This document shows positions 1 through 11,890 of a DNA stretch of 32,213 nucleotides, piece by piece. Below the pieces are notes generated by a model. The model was not told the origin of the DNA. It worked only from the letters and a program-made list of their open reading frames with translations, and searched no databases. Both the position numbers and the translations under genes were made by a program. How positions within the stretch are numbered: the first letter of the stretch is position 1; each line of letters starts with the position of its first letter. This stretch comes from Octopus bimaculoides (taxonomy: Eukaryota): contig NC_068997.1 in NCBI RefSeq assembly GCF_001194135.2, positions 40,865,508 through 40,897,720 on the forward strand, given 5' to 3'.

Positions 1-65
<65 letters not shown>
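1..65. repeat. (TG)n microsatellite
   Basis: Perfect TG repeat at the window start. Confidence 0.99.
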
Positions 66-68
<3 letters not shown>

Positions 69-194
69 GGCTGGTTCTTTTGACACCAGGTCCTTTGTAG
101 CGTGGGTTGAATATATGTCTGTTGTATTTCTCAGTAACGTTGGGTTAGTTAGGAGAGGGCGGTTTAAGTATTATGATGAACCACACAGTGGTGG

Positions 195-215
195 GGAGAG
201 AGAGATGGAGATAGG

Positions 216-246
<31 letters not shown>

Positions 247-396
247 GAGTGATGGAGGGTCGGAGTTGAGTGCGGGGTAGGACAAGGAAAGTAAAGCTAG
301 AGCGCATTTAGAAAATAGCAGTGATGTCGGCGACGATGACGACGACGACGACACTAAATAAAAGTAATGATGATGATGATGATGATGATGATGATG
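195..396. repeat. (GA)n, (GAC)n and (GAT)n microsatellite cluster
   Basis: GA tract at about 195-248, GAC tract at 331-352, ATG/GAT tract at 367-396. Confidence 0.95.
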
Positions 397-1016
397 GGGG
401 TCGATGGTGGTAGTGGTGATAATAAACAATGCCAATAAGCTCTGTTACCAGAACAAAAATGTTCCTCTGTTAAAGATATTTTTTTTCCCCTGTTATTCAT
501 AATAAAAAGACATTCCTTGTTAAACTTCTACAATATCCAAGCAGAGACGTGTAACAATTATATTCACCATAGCTTTTTCTTACCGCTAACAATACAGTCT
601 GCAGATTTGTTACAATTAATAACAGTGTTACAGTGGTGTTACAGCTAACGCAGTGGTGTTACAGTTAATACTCACCAGATACGTGTTACAGCTGACACTG
701 TCCAGAGATATGTTGCTAATTTTAACATTGTTCATCGGTTACAGTTGAGACGTGTTTTATCTACCAAAAACAATCAGTTTCATTGACGGTCGTTGCGAGA
801 ACATTTGTACGTCTATATATATATATATATATACGCACATGTACATAGATATACTCATCTTTACGAACAAACACGTCTATACTGCGTGTGCTTGCGTGCG
901 TGTGTGCAAGGATCAAGTTGTAGGAAGTTAGTAAGTTTCAAACAGTCCGTAGAAGATATAATAAAACAACTTGCAGGAACAACATTGGTTTATTGGCGCA
1001 GGAGGTTACTCTCTTT

Positions 1017-1374
1017 TTACTCTATTACTTGTTTCAGTCATTTGACTGCGGCCATGCTGGAGCACCGCCTTTAGTCGAACAAATCGACCCCAGGACTTAT
1101 TTTTCGTAAGCCTAGTACTTATTCTATCGGTCTCTTTTGCCGAACCGGTTGTCATGCGATGTTGGGGAGGGGGAGACAAACACAGACACACAAACATATA
1201 CACACACATACACTCATATATNNNNNNNNNNCCGTCTACCAAATCTACTCATAAGACTTTGGTCGGCCCGAGGCTATTGTAGAAGACACTTGCCCAAGGT
1301 ACCATGCAGTGGGACTGAACCCGGGACCATGTGGTTTGCAAGCAAGCTACTTACCACACAGCCACTCCTACGCC
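1017..1374 (-). mobile_element. tRNA-derived SINE, family A (bipartite, internal microsatellite; Octopus OR/OK-type)
   Basis: The reverse complement reads ggcgtaggagtggctgtgtggtaagtagcttgcttgcaaaccacatggtcccgggttcagtccc...; the tail ends ...catggccgcagtcaaatgactgaaacaag. It is homologous to the copies at 3317, 6995, 8025, 27368 and 28572. Confidence 0.85.
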
Positions 1375-2379
1375 TATTGTGAATTTTTACCGTATCGGTT
1401 TTTCCGCCAGTTGTGAATTTTTACCGTATCGAAGTACGATAAGCTGAAAAAAGTATATTTTATACTTCATGGTTAGCAACTGGGGTTGCTGTATATACGA
1501 ATAAACTTTCAAAAATTAGAGATTTCGATCGAATCCCCTACGTGTTAAGGCATGTTCTCCTGACGACAATGTAAACTTGAAGTCTACCCTTCCTTTAGAT
1601 AATTACTACTCCCGAGGTTCCGCTAGCTATGAAACATATGTAGTCCGAATTTTATCTACTCCATTCCATAAATTTTTAATGTATGTGTGCGTGTGTGTGC
1701 ACGCGCGTGTATTTAGTAGTATATGCGTGCGTGTGTGTGTGTGAATATGTGCGTGTGTGTGCCTACGCATATGGTTACATATAAGTTGACAAAATTTGCA
1801 TATACATATGTGAAATATGCATATGTATGTGCATATATATATATATATGTTGATTCGTATATATATCTGCGTATGTATGCATGCATGGCGTAATTGTTTT
1901 CCTGAAAAATATTTGGGAATATTGGGTATTTCTTATCCCAATATCCATTAAGCAGCCTATCGAAGGGTCTTCCCAAGTCTTTCTGTAGAATTGATATTGG
2001 TCTTGGTTTGGTTAGAAAGTCCAGTGGAATTTTTCTCGCTATTTTTTCAATCTGCGATAGCTAACTCCGGATTCTTTCATCTCCATGGTGCATGAATAGT
2101 AATCTTTCGCGTGTATGCATTTCACTGTCTGATAACTGCTGCGATCTCCTCAAAAAAGGTTGTTTATTTGCATTTACTCAATGAAGATAACCATTTCTTT
2201 TACCAGGCTTGCATCAATGACAGAAATGATAGGGAATAGTGATCATTATTTAGGAGAATGAATAGTCTTCTAAACCAAGGTGTCTTTATTCTACGCTGTA
2301 TGTATGTATGTATGTATGTATGTATGTATGTATGTATCTATGTGACACCAAGTTGCAACCTGTCGAGACCAAGACTGTA

Positions 2380-2710
2380 CTAATGACTGTGAAATGCATA
2401 TGAATTCGAGAGAAGCGCTTGTATTCGCTTGCCAAGCTAAAATAAGAAAGTAACGACCTGATCTTGTTGCTTGGTCTCACTTGATAAATATGTATCCAGA
2501 TTGTTTAACTGCCAGTGGCTTTGGAGAGAAATATGAAGATATTACATGGAAGAAAGGCTGTAGCATATGAAAGGCTATGGGAATTGTGTAGTACATTACG
2601 ATGGCAGTGGATTTAAAACTAAATTCACAATGGACTACCTGACTGGCATTAAGATTGAGGGAGGATAACTGAACAGTGATGGCGTGGGTAATGGAACCAA
2701 AATCCTTAAC
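2380..2710 (+). mobile_element. possible highly decayed RTE-clade LINE C-terminal remnant
   Basis: Broken frames give ALERNM (cf. RTE QRAMERSM) and RLREDN*TVMAWVMEPK (cf. RLTDNRWT..V.EW.P). There are many stops and the similarity is weak. Confidence 0.35.
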
Positions 2711-3316
2711 GTTCACTGGTAGCACCAATGCTGCTCATCAACGCCGGAGAGAGTTACATTAGTGGAAAGGTGTTAAAATTCTGTGAAGTCTAGTCAAGAG
2801 CTTCGTCTATGCAGCTATATGTGTGCGTGCATGTGCGCGTAGATATCTTCGTCTGTGTGTCTGGGCGTGTTGTACTCGTTTACAGTGCGGTGTAGAAACT
2901 GGGTTCTTAAACATTTATCGGGTTGCTTACATTTATTGAATATGGTGGCTTAAACCATGTGGCCTTCCTTTTGCATTATTTCCAGTTTGACGGTATGTAT
3001 GTGTCTCCTTTTTGTCTTTTTTCTCTTAGAAACCGCTAGTGCATTATTATACAAACATTCACACGCACACACGCACACACACACACGCACATTCACACGT
3101 TTACAACAAACACACACACTTAATTTTATCTTATTTTATACGTTATATATATATATATATACATAAACTGGCTGGTTGAGAATTATATCAAAATTACATG
3201 TCTTTGGAATACTCAGTCAATTGGGGATTATTTTAATGAGCCTGAAAGTTTAGTTGATCCAACAACTCAACAATTCTGACCGAGACTTATCTCCATAACT
3301 AGTTATATTGACATAC

Positions 3317-3505
3317 AGGCGTGGCTGCGTGGTAATAAGCTTACTTCCCTACCGCATGGTTCAGTGTTCAGTCCCACAGTGTGGCACCTTGGGAAAATGT
3401 CTTCTACTATAGCCTCGGGCCGACCAAAGCACTGTGACTGGATTCGGCAGACAGGATTAATGCCTCACTATGGCCGCAGTCTAATGACTGAAACAAGTAA
3501 AAGGC
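3317..3505 (+). mobile_element. SINE family A, internally deleted copy
   Basis: The head aggcgtggctgcgtggtaataagcttacttccc...gaccaaagc is joined almost directly to the tail tatggccgcagtctaatgactgaaacaagtaaaagg. Confidence 0.85.
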
Positions 3506-3629
3506 GAATACATACATACATGCATGCATCCAAACATATACACTTATATACATACATATGCACACACATACATTTATACGCGCATACATTCAGATATGTA
3601 ACTATATATATACGTGTGTCTATGAACCA

Positions 3630-3690
<61 letters not shown>

Positions 3691-4254
3691 NNNNNNNNNN
3701 NNNNNNNNNNNNNNNNNNNNNNNNNNNNNNNNNNNNNNNNNNNNNNNNNNNNNNNNNNNNNNNNNNNNNNNNNNNNNNNNNNNNNNNNNNNNNNNNNNNN
3801 NNNNNNNNNNNNNNNNNNNNNNNNNNNNNNNNNNNNNNNNNNNNNNNNNNNNNNNNNNNNNNNNNNNNNNNNNNNNNNNNNNNNNNNNNNNNNNNNNNNN
3901 TTAACCTAGCTAGCCACACACGCACGCACGCACGCACATACACACATAGCCGTGAACTAATGTGACTACCTCTTCATTGTCAATTGTCCTGTTAGAAATA
4001 GCAGCCTAATCTCCCTCAAATCACATCCTACTGTCTAAAAATGAAATTGTTTCGTGCAAATGGATCTCCATCAGCGTCGACGATGCATTATTCCGTTGTC
4101 GATCAAATGAACACTTACTCTTTCAATTAACATGTAGTTAGCTGTGTATCCTAAGTGTAATTCTCAGTCGAGATTAGTGAGGCACTATATAGCAAGCCTA
4201 GTCTGATAAAGTACAGATAAATCTATCTTCTGGACTTCCGTACAGTTTCTGTTA

Positions 4255-4335
4255 ACCCAGGTCCACTCATTAGGTTTTGGTGGGCCCGAAGATATAGTAA
4301 ATTGCACTTGCCCAATGTACCGCACAGTGAAATCG
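4255..4335 (-). mobile_element. SINE family A fragment
   Basis: ccactcattaggttttggtgggcccgaagatatagtaaattgcacttgcccaatgtaccgcacagtg matches the head region of the other copies. Confidence 0.6.
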
Positions 4336-4343
4336 ATTTTTGG

Positions 4344-4375
<32 letters not shown>

Positions 4376-5439
4376 NNNNNNNNNNNNNNNNNNNNNNNNN
4401 NNNNNNNNNNNNNNNNNNNNNNNNNNNNNNNNNNNNNNNNNNNNNNNNNNNNNNNNNNNNNNNNNNNNNNNNNNNNNNNNNNNNNNNNNNNNNNNNNNNN
4501 NNNNNNNNNNNNNNNNNNNNNNNNNNNNNNNNNNNNNNNNNNNNNNNNNNNNNNNNNNNNNNNNNNNNNNNNNNNNNNNNNNNNNNNNNNNNNNNNNNNN
4601 NNNNNNNNNNNNNNNNNNNNNNNNNNNNNNNNNNNNNNNNNNNNNNNNNNNNNNNNNNNNNNNNNNNNNNNNNNNNNNNNNNNNNNNNNNNNNNNNNNNN
4701 NNNNNNNNNNNNNNNNNNNNNNNNNNNNNNNNNNNNNNNNNNNNNNNNNNNNNNNNNNNNNNNNNNNNNNNNNNNNNNNNNNNNNNNNNNNNNNNNNNNN
4801 NNNNNNNNNNNNNNNNNNNNNNNNNNNNNNNNNNNNNNNNNNNNNNNNNNNNNNNNNNNNNNNNNNNNNNNNNNNNNNNNNNNNNNNNNNNNNNNNNNNN
4901 NNNNNNNNNNNNNNNNNNNNNNNNNNNNNNNNNNNNNNNNNNNNNNNNNNNNNNNNNNNNNNNNNNNNNNNNNNNNNNNNNNNNNNNNNNNNNNNNNNNN
5001 NNNNNNNNNNNNNNNNNNNNNNNNNNNNNNNNNNNNNNNNNNNNNNNNNNNNNNNNNNNNNNNTATAAATTGAAAACGTAAATATTTTAATTATTTTTTT
5101 ACTTTCTGAGGACCTAGGCTGTATGTTTAGCTTAAACTGGCACTGAGCTTAACTGACAAATCTGAGTTCTGCATTTTACTGATTCTGGGATAATAAAAGG
5201 AATAAACAAACGATCTTTATGTGAAAAACGCATTAACAATAAAAAACATTTTGGTTTGGGTGGAGCGAGTAATAACACACAATGTGTGTCGATGTTATTA
5301 CTCCTTTAGATACTTTGAAATACTTCAACAGAAACTTGTGATTTATGACAGCAAAATCATTAAATACGAGATGCACAATAACAAAACGAAATCCTGGTCT
5401 GGTTAGAGCTTGCTACGACGTTGTCAGATGTCAACCATT

Positions 5440-5930
5440 TGTTGAAAATTTTCAGCAACTATTTCGGTTTATGGCGACAGTATGATATTAGCTCCGAACG
5501 GGTATTCAAAATTGTATTCCTACGAAACAATATATTAATTTTCACATATGCTGCATCTTTCGTTGTCCTGATTAAATGATTTCGCCACAGCCATTTAAAA
5601 TAGACCATTTTCTTTGGGATAGGCTACAGCTATCGTTATCCTGTTTGTAAGGATTTTACTTCTAATACCTTCCAAATAAGTTTGTAGTTTCTCATATTGT
5701 TATTTCTTAAAGTCTGTATGTACTTGAACAAACTTGAGCGTAATGATCTATCTATCCTGATTTCTGAAAGTGTGACGATGTTGACTGAATTGCAGCTTGA
5801 AAGGATTCTCAGCGAATTCGATGTAATCCTTATAAACTTAATAATTGTGGTAAACATTGTCACACAATAAGCTATTGATTCCGAACAACATCAATTATTT
5901 AATGGGAAATTTACGAGGATAAGACAACTT
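5440..5930 (-). mobile_element. Penelope-like element, GIY-YIG endonuclease 3' fragment (pseudogenised)
   Basis: Minus-strand frames give PLNN*CCSESIAYCVT, YIEFAENPFKLQFSQHRHTFRN, SSLFKYIQTLRNNNMRNYKLIWKVLE, ERCSICE and ILNTRSELISYCRHKPK*LL. This follows the PLE endonuclease pattern (YIG.T...FK.R...H..SFR, ELSKYIW.LK, RC.LC..EK, LN.RSEL.S.CRH). Confidence 0.8.
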
Positions 5931-6994
5931 CAGGATCAATTCGATGAAAATAGCTGTTTAAGATTTTTACTATTAATATCTGTTATTTGTGTAGCAAGAT
6001 CATGAAACTAAATTTAACATGATTTCTATTCAAAACCTTATAAAATCTAATATTTATTTGAAAAATACTTATCTTGTAAGTTAAAGAAATGTGTAGTGAT
6101 ACTTGTACTTCAGAATACAGCTTGAACTAAATAAATTTATGTTTTCTGCTTTTCCGTGTCTGAAAATTAATTTAAGAGGTATATTAGAAACAAATATTAT
6201 TTATGCAATTAATTTTATTCTTAAAATCACTTTCAAAGTTCCATTATAACAAGGGGTTGCTTTGTCGTAGGAAGATATATCGGATGAAATACAAGATAAC
6301 TGTATGCCGACACTTTTCACTAGGTTATTAATAATAGCAGGTAGGTGGTGTGAATAGATATTTATATACTAAAATTTTTCATTTGGCTTCCTAAATGGTG
6401 AATATTTGTTTCTATGTATAAGGGAATAACTGTGAGAGTATTTATGCATAAAACATAGACACATAATTTATATAGCATATATAAACTTATATACGATATA
6501 TAGCATACAGAAATGTATATGTGTATACAGATATATAAAGGTGAGCGCGTGTCTGTTGTGTTATTGTGTATATTTATGTGCCTGCATATGCACCTATGCA
6601 TGTGTGTCTGCGGATATGAGTATGCGTGAATGCCTGCAAACGGCGACTACGTGTGTATGCGCGCGGGCTCGTGCATGCGTGTGTGTGATTATGTATTGGT
6701 GCGTATGTGAGTAAATATGTTGTGTTTCTTTTTATTGCGCCGGATCTGGTTTCAGTTACCTAACTGTGGCCATTCTGGATTATCACCTTGAAAAATGCCT
6801 TTGACTCACCAAATCCACTCCAACACTCTGACCACATACCTGTATGTGAGTGTGTGAGACATGTGTAAGGTATACCTATATAGATACGCACGTACCAATA
6901 TGCTTATATACATTCATACGTAATTATGTGTGTATATATGTGTGTATATATGTGTGTATATATGTGTGTATATATGTAGACATATATATTCTTT

Positions 6995-7308
6995 TATTCT
7001 TTTATGTTTTGGTCATTTCACCGCGGCCATGCTGGAGTACCGCCTTAAAGGTTTTTAGTCGAAGAAATCGACCCCAGGACTTATTCTTTGTCAGCCTAGT
7101 ACTTATTCTATCGGTCTCTCTTGCCGAACCGCTAAGTTGCGGGGACGTAAACACACCAGACTGATTGTCAAGTGATGGTGCGGGACAAATCTACCAAATC
7201 CACTCACAAAGCTTTGCTCATCCTGAGGCGCAATGGGACTGAAGGTGACGCGCAGTTGAACTGAACCCGGAACCATGTAGTTGAGAAGCATGCTTCTTAC
7301 CACACAGT

Positions 7309-7310
<2 letters not shown>
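6995..7310 (-). mobile_element. SINE family A copy lacking the central microsatellite
   Basis: The tail (ccgcggccatgctggag...gccgaaccgctaagtt) is contiguous with the head (ctaccaaatccactcac...cttaccacacag). Confidence 0.85.
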
Positions 7311-7351
<41 letters not shown>

Positions 7352-8024
7352 TGTGTATTTGTGTGTGTGAATGTGTGTATGNNNNNNNNNNNNNNNNNNN
7401 NNNNNNNNNNNNNNNNNNNNNNNNNNNNNNNNNNNNNNNNNNNNNNNNNNNNNNNNNNNNNNNNNNNNNNNNNNNNNNNNNNNNNNNNNNNNNNNNNNNN
7501 NNNNNNNNNNNNNNNNNNNNNNNNNNNNNNNNNNNNNNNNNNNNNNNNNNNNNNNNNNNNNNNNNNNNNNNNNNNNNNNNNNNNNNNNNNNNNNNNNNNN
7601 NNNNNNNNNNNNNNNNNNNNNNNNNNNNNNNNNNNNNNNNNNNNNNNNNNNNNNNNNNNNNNNNNNNNNNNNNNNNNNNNNNNNNNNNNNNNNNNNNNNN
7701 NNNNNNNNNNNNNNNNNNNNNNNNNNNNNNNNNNNNNNNNNNNNNNNNNNNNNNNNNNNNNNNNNNNNNNNNNNNNNNNNNNNNNNNNNNNNNNNNNNNN
7801 NNNNNNNNNNNNNNNNNNNNNNNNNNNNNNNNNNNNNNNNNNNNNNNNNNNNNNNNNNNNNNNNNNNNNNNNNNNNNNNNNNNNNNNNNNNNNNNNNNNN
7901 NNNNNNNNNNNNNNNNNNNNNNNNNNNNNNNNNNNNNNNNNNNNNNNNNNNNNNNNNNNNNNNNNNNNNNNNNNNNNNNNNNNNNNNNNNNNNNNNNNNN
8001 NNNNNATATATATATATATATATA

Positions 8025-8186
8025 CACGACAGGCTTCTTTCAATTACCGTCTGCCAAATCCACTCACAAGGCTTTGGTCGGCCCGAGGCTATAGTAGAAG
8101 ACACTTGCCCAAGATGCCACGCAGTGGGATTGAACACGGAACCATGTGGTTAGTAAGCAAGCAACTTACAACACAGCCACTCCTGT
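8025..8186 (-). mobile_element. SINE family A head half
   Basis: ccgtctgccaaatccactcacaaggctttggtcggcccgaggctatagtagaagacacttgcccaag...cacagccactcc, running into (TA)n and then an N gap. Confidence 0.9.
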
Positions 8187-8576
8187 GGCTATATATATGA
8201 CAGAGAATGAGTGTTCACGGGTGCGTAGTGTGTACTGACGTAGATAAGTAGATAGAAAGGTGACTTGCTAGAAATCCGAACTCGTACTGAACATTTACTT
8301 GGCGTTATCAATGGGTGAAGTACCATAGGTTATTAAACAAACTTGTTCTACCAGATAGCGCGAATGGTAGTTTTGGGTGTGTACGCTTAAACACACAGGT
8401 AGAGAGACAGGCAGGTAGACAGAACACAATAGGCACTCATATTGAATCATACTCTCACACACTGACAAATTCGACATCAAATACGTGTGTGGAACTATGA
8501 CTGAGTGTGTTTGTGTGTGTGTGTGTGTGTATACAAACACACCAATCTATATGTATGTGGTCATGCATGTGTGTGC

Positions 8577-8615
<39 letters not shown>

Positions 8616-9145
8616 NNNNNNNNNNNNNNNNNNNNNNNNNNNNNNNNNNNNNNNNNNNNNNNNNNNNNNNNNNNNNNNNNNNNNNNNNNNNNNNNNNNNN
8701 NNNNNNNNNNNNNNNNNNNNNNNNNNNNNNNNNNNNNNNNNNNNNNNNNNNNNNNNNNNNNNNNNNNNNNNNNNNNNNNNNNNNNNNNNNNNNNNNNNNN
8801 NNNNNNNNNNNNNNNNNNNNNNNNNNNNNNNNNNNNNNNNNNNNNNNNNNNNNNNNNNNNNNNNNNNNNNNNNNNNNNNNNNNNNNNNNNNNNNNNNNNN
8901 NNNNNNNNNNNNNNNNNNNNNNNNNNNNNNNNNNNNNNNNNNNNNNNNNNNNNNNNNNNNNNNNNNNNNNNNNNNNNNNNNNNNNNNNNNNNNNNNNNNN
9001 NNNNNNNNNNNNNNNNNNNNNNNNNNNNNNNNNNNNNNNNNNTGTGTATATATATATATATATATATACACATACACACAAGGGTGTGTGTGTTTATATG
9101 TATTTATGTAGGTAAGTATATATACATATACATACATAGGTACAA

Positions 9146-9190
<45 letters not shown>

Positions 9191-9822
9191 TTCGTGCGTG
9201 GTAATGCGTGTGGGAGTATAGTTAGTGGGTGTGTTTGGATGGAGGGTAAGTATTTGGGACATTGATCGACATCTATTTAGATATCTTTGCATACTTTATT
9301 CCTATGTACGCACATACATACACAAACGCACATACGTACAGTCAGAACATTCTGAACGGACTGAGAATGGAGTTTGGTCAGGAATGAATGGTCATATCCA
9401 GTACCCAGTCGAGGAAAGACTTTTGGCAATATAATTCAATCCTGCTTGACCAACTGTGACATTCCCATACGATTCTTTTTATTTTTTTTTTCTTCAGAAA
9501 ACTGCATTATCCAAATAGTTCTTGTTTTTAAGAGGGCAGAATTTGTGGGAGATTTAGCTGCTATTTTGAACATATGAAACAACCATGTAGAGGCTGCTGC
9601 AAAGGTTTCCGCGTAATCTACGTAGTCAGTCTGTCAACAGCTTTTGTTGTTTAGCTCCAGAAAATCACTGATCAAATTCGTTCCAACCGTGACCATCCCA
9701 TGCAGCTTTGCATTTCAACCTTAAAACTGTGTTATACACAAAACTAGCAGACTCGAATTAATTTATGAGTATGTTATGTTTGAAAGAGCGTCGTATATGT
9801 GTGTATATACACACACGCAAAC

Positions 9823-9879
<57 letters not shown>

Positions 9880-9954
9880 ACAGAAGTAAATATTGAAAAC
9901 TAAAATTATATGTTCAAATTATTTATTATTTGCTATAATGTGAATATTTAATAT

Positions 9955-10860
9955 TTAGTAGACAATTTTCAATGCAAAAACACTATTAGGCATGTTACTG
10001 ATGGGATGACGAATATTCTCTTGAGGAATTTCTTGCCAAGTTTCATGCAGTAATCTCAAAAGATCTGGCTTTGAAGATACCTTCTTGTTCTTTTTATGAA
10101 GTGTCCTGCACCTTATTTCCCAGAGGTGTTCAATAGGGTTCATATCTGCTGACTGGCTTTGGCCATGGAAGCTTTTTAATGCCATTCTCGTCCAACAAAT
10201 TTTGGGTCATTTTAGCCATGTGACAAGGAGCCCCATCTTTCATAAATAGTCTTTAATCATTTCACCATTGGAAGGATTCCTTTCTGCAGTATGAACACAT
10301 ATTTATCTGAGTTTAGATTTCCTTCACACGTCACCAGCTCTGATCAATCATTGCCCCAAATTGCTCCCCAGACCGTCACAGAATAGCTGCCGTGTTTCAC
10401 TGTTGGCTGCAATCTTTTCACATCAAATTCTTGATCACAGAGCCTCCAGACACACACTCGACCACTGTCAGGAAAAACAGCAAATCAGGACTCATCAGAG
10501 AATATGACAGTGTCCCAAAATGCTAGTGGTTCCTCTACCATCTCACTGGCCTAATCTTTTCTACACTAGTCGAAGAAGTGGCTTCCTTCTTGCTGATCTG
10601 CCGTAGTGACCAAGTTTGTGGAGATATCTGACAGCTGTTCTGAGACTGACATCAACTTGTTGTGCTATGTCAGAGTCGTTGCAACGAAGATTATCCTCCA
10701 CACTTCTCTTAACAAAGCGAAGAGTCCTGGTTAATCTGGGAGAGATAATGAAGGCTCCTTCCTCACACTGGTGAATCACTCTATAAACTGTAGCAAACGG
10801 GATCCCAAAGTTTTCTGAGACCTTATGCTGACTATGTCCAACTCCCGAATGACCCACACT
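9955..10860 (-). mobile_element. Tc1-family DD34E transposase fossil
   Basis: HTH region (FGIPFATVYRVI...YGRSARRKPLL), [35 protein letters not shown] and WP.QSADMNPIEHLW. Manual count gives 34 residues between the second D and E. Stops and frameshifts are present; TIRs were not found. Confidence 0.92.
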
Positions 10861-11362
10861 ACGGCCTCTTTGGATTGAACATAATGGATTTCTTGGTTTA
10901 TGGTGGTTTTGTTTATACTATTCATTGATATTGCGTGATTGTTCTTCATTGGGATTCTAATTATAGGTAGGGTTTCTAGTTTAGGGAGGTTTTGTTGGAT
11001 ATGTGTGTATGTGTGCGTGTGTATGCGAGTGTGTTTTTATGTATGAATATATATACACGTGTGAGATATGTGTCTATATATATATATCTGTGTGTATATA
11101 TATGTATTTCTGTATATATTTATGTATTATATANNNNNNNNNNNNNNNNNNNNNNNNNNNNNNNNNNNNNNNNNNNNNNNNNNNNNNNNNNNNNNNNNNN
11201 NNNNNNNNNNNNNNNNNNNNNNNNNNNNNNNNNNNNNNNNNNNNNNNNNNNNNNNNNNNNNNNNNNNNNNNNNNNNNNNNNNNNNNNNNNNNNNNNNNNN
11301 NNNNNNNNNNNNNNNNNNNNNNNNNNNNNNNNNNNNNNNNNNNNNNNNNNNNNNNNNNNNNN

Positions 11363-11411
<49 letters not shown>

Positions 11412-11890
11412 ACATCATAATATAATGGCTTCTAACATTGAAACAGGGCCACACATTCTAATTGGAGGGGTGTGGCCTATGAAATTGACTTTCTTTTTAA
11501 CTGACTCTGCTGAAACAAGAGTGAATTGAAAACGCTGTGTAGTTTGAAATTAGATCGCAGCAAGAGGCAAAATATGACTGCTTCTCTAACCTAATAATAA
11601 CTCTCTCCTTTGTGGTCATAATAAGTGTTTAGATTAGCTCTTACCAGATAAAATTTGTGGTTTTTAATAATATGTAATCTAATCATATCAGGTTTGTGGC
11701 CTTGACAAAGCGGTCTAACCTTCATAGTTATATAGCCATGTTATGTAATCTGGTCGCCATTCTTTCGAACATAAAACATCTTGTCTTGTCGCATCACAGT
11801 TATGTGGCCATGCTATACAGTCCAGTCACCGCAGTGATGTGACCTTGCTATATGACCTATTCAACACAGTCTTGTAAAGATGGTATAGAG

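Noticed and set aside
1713-2200. Minus-strand ORF region (MGRPFDRLLNGYWDKK...) as a host exon
   Set aside because: No recognisable domain, and the ORF runs into a TA/CA microsatellite.
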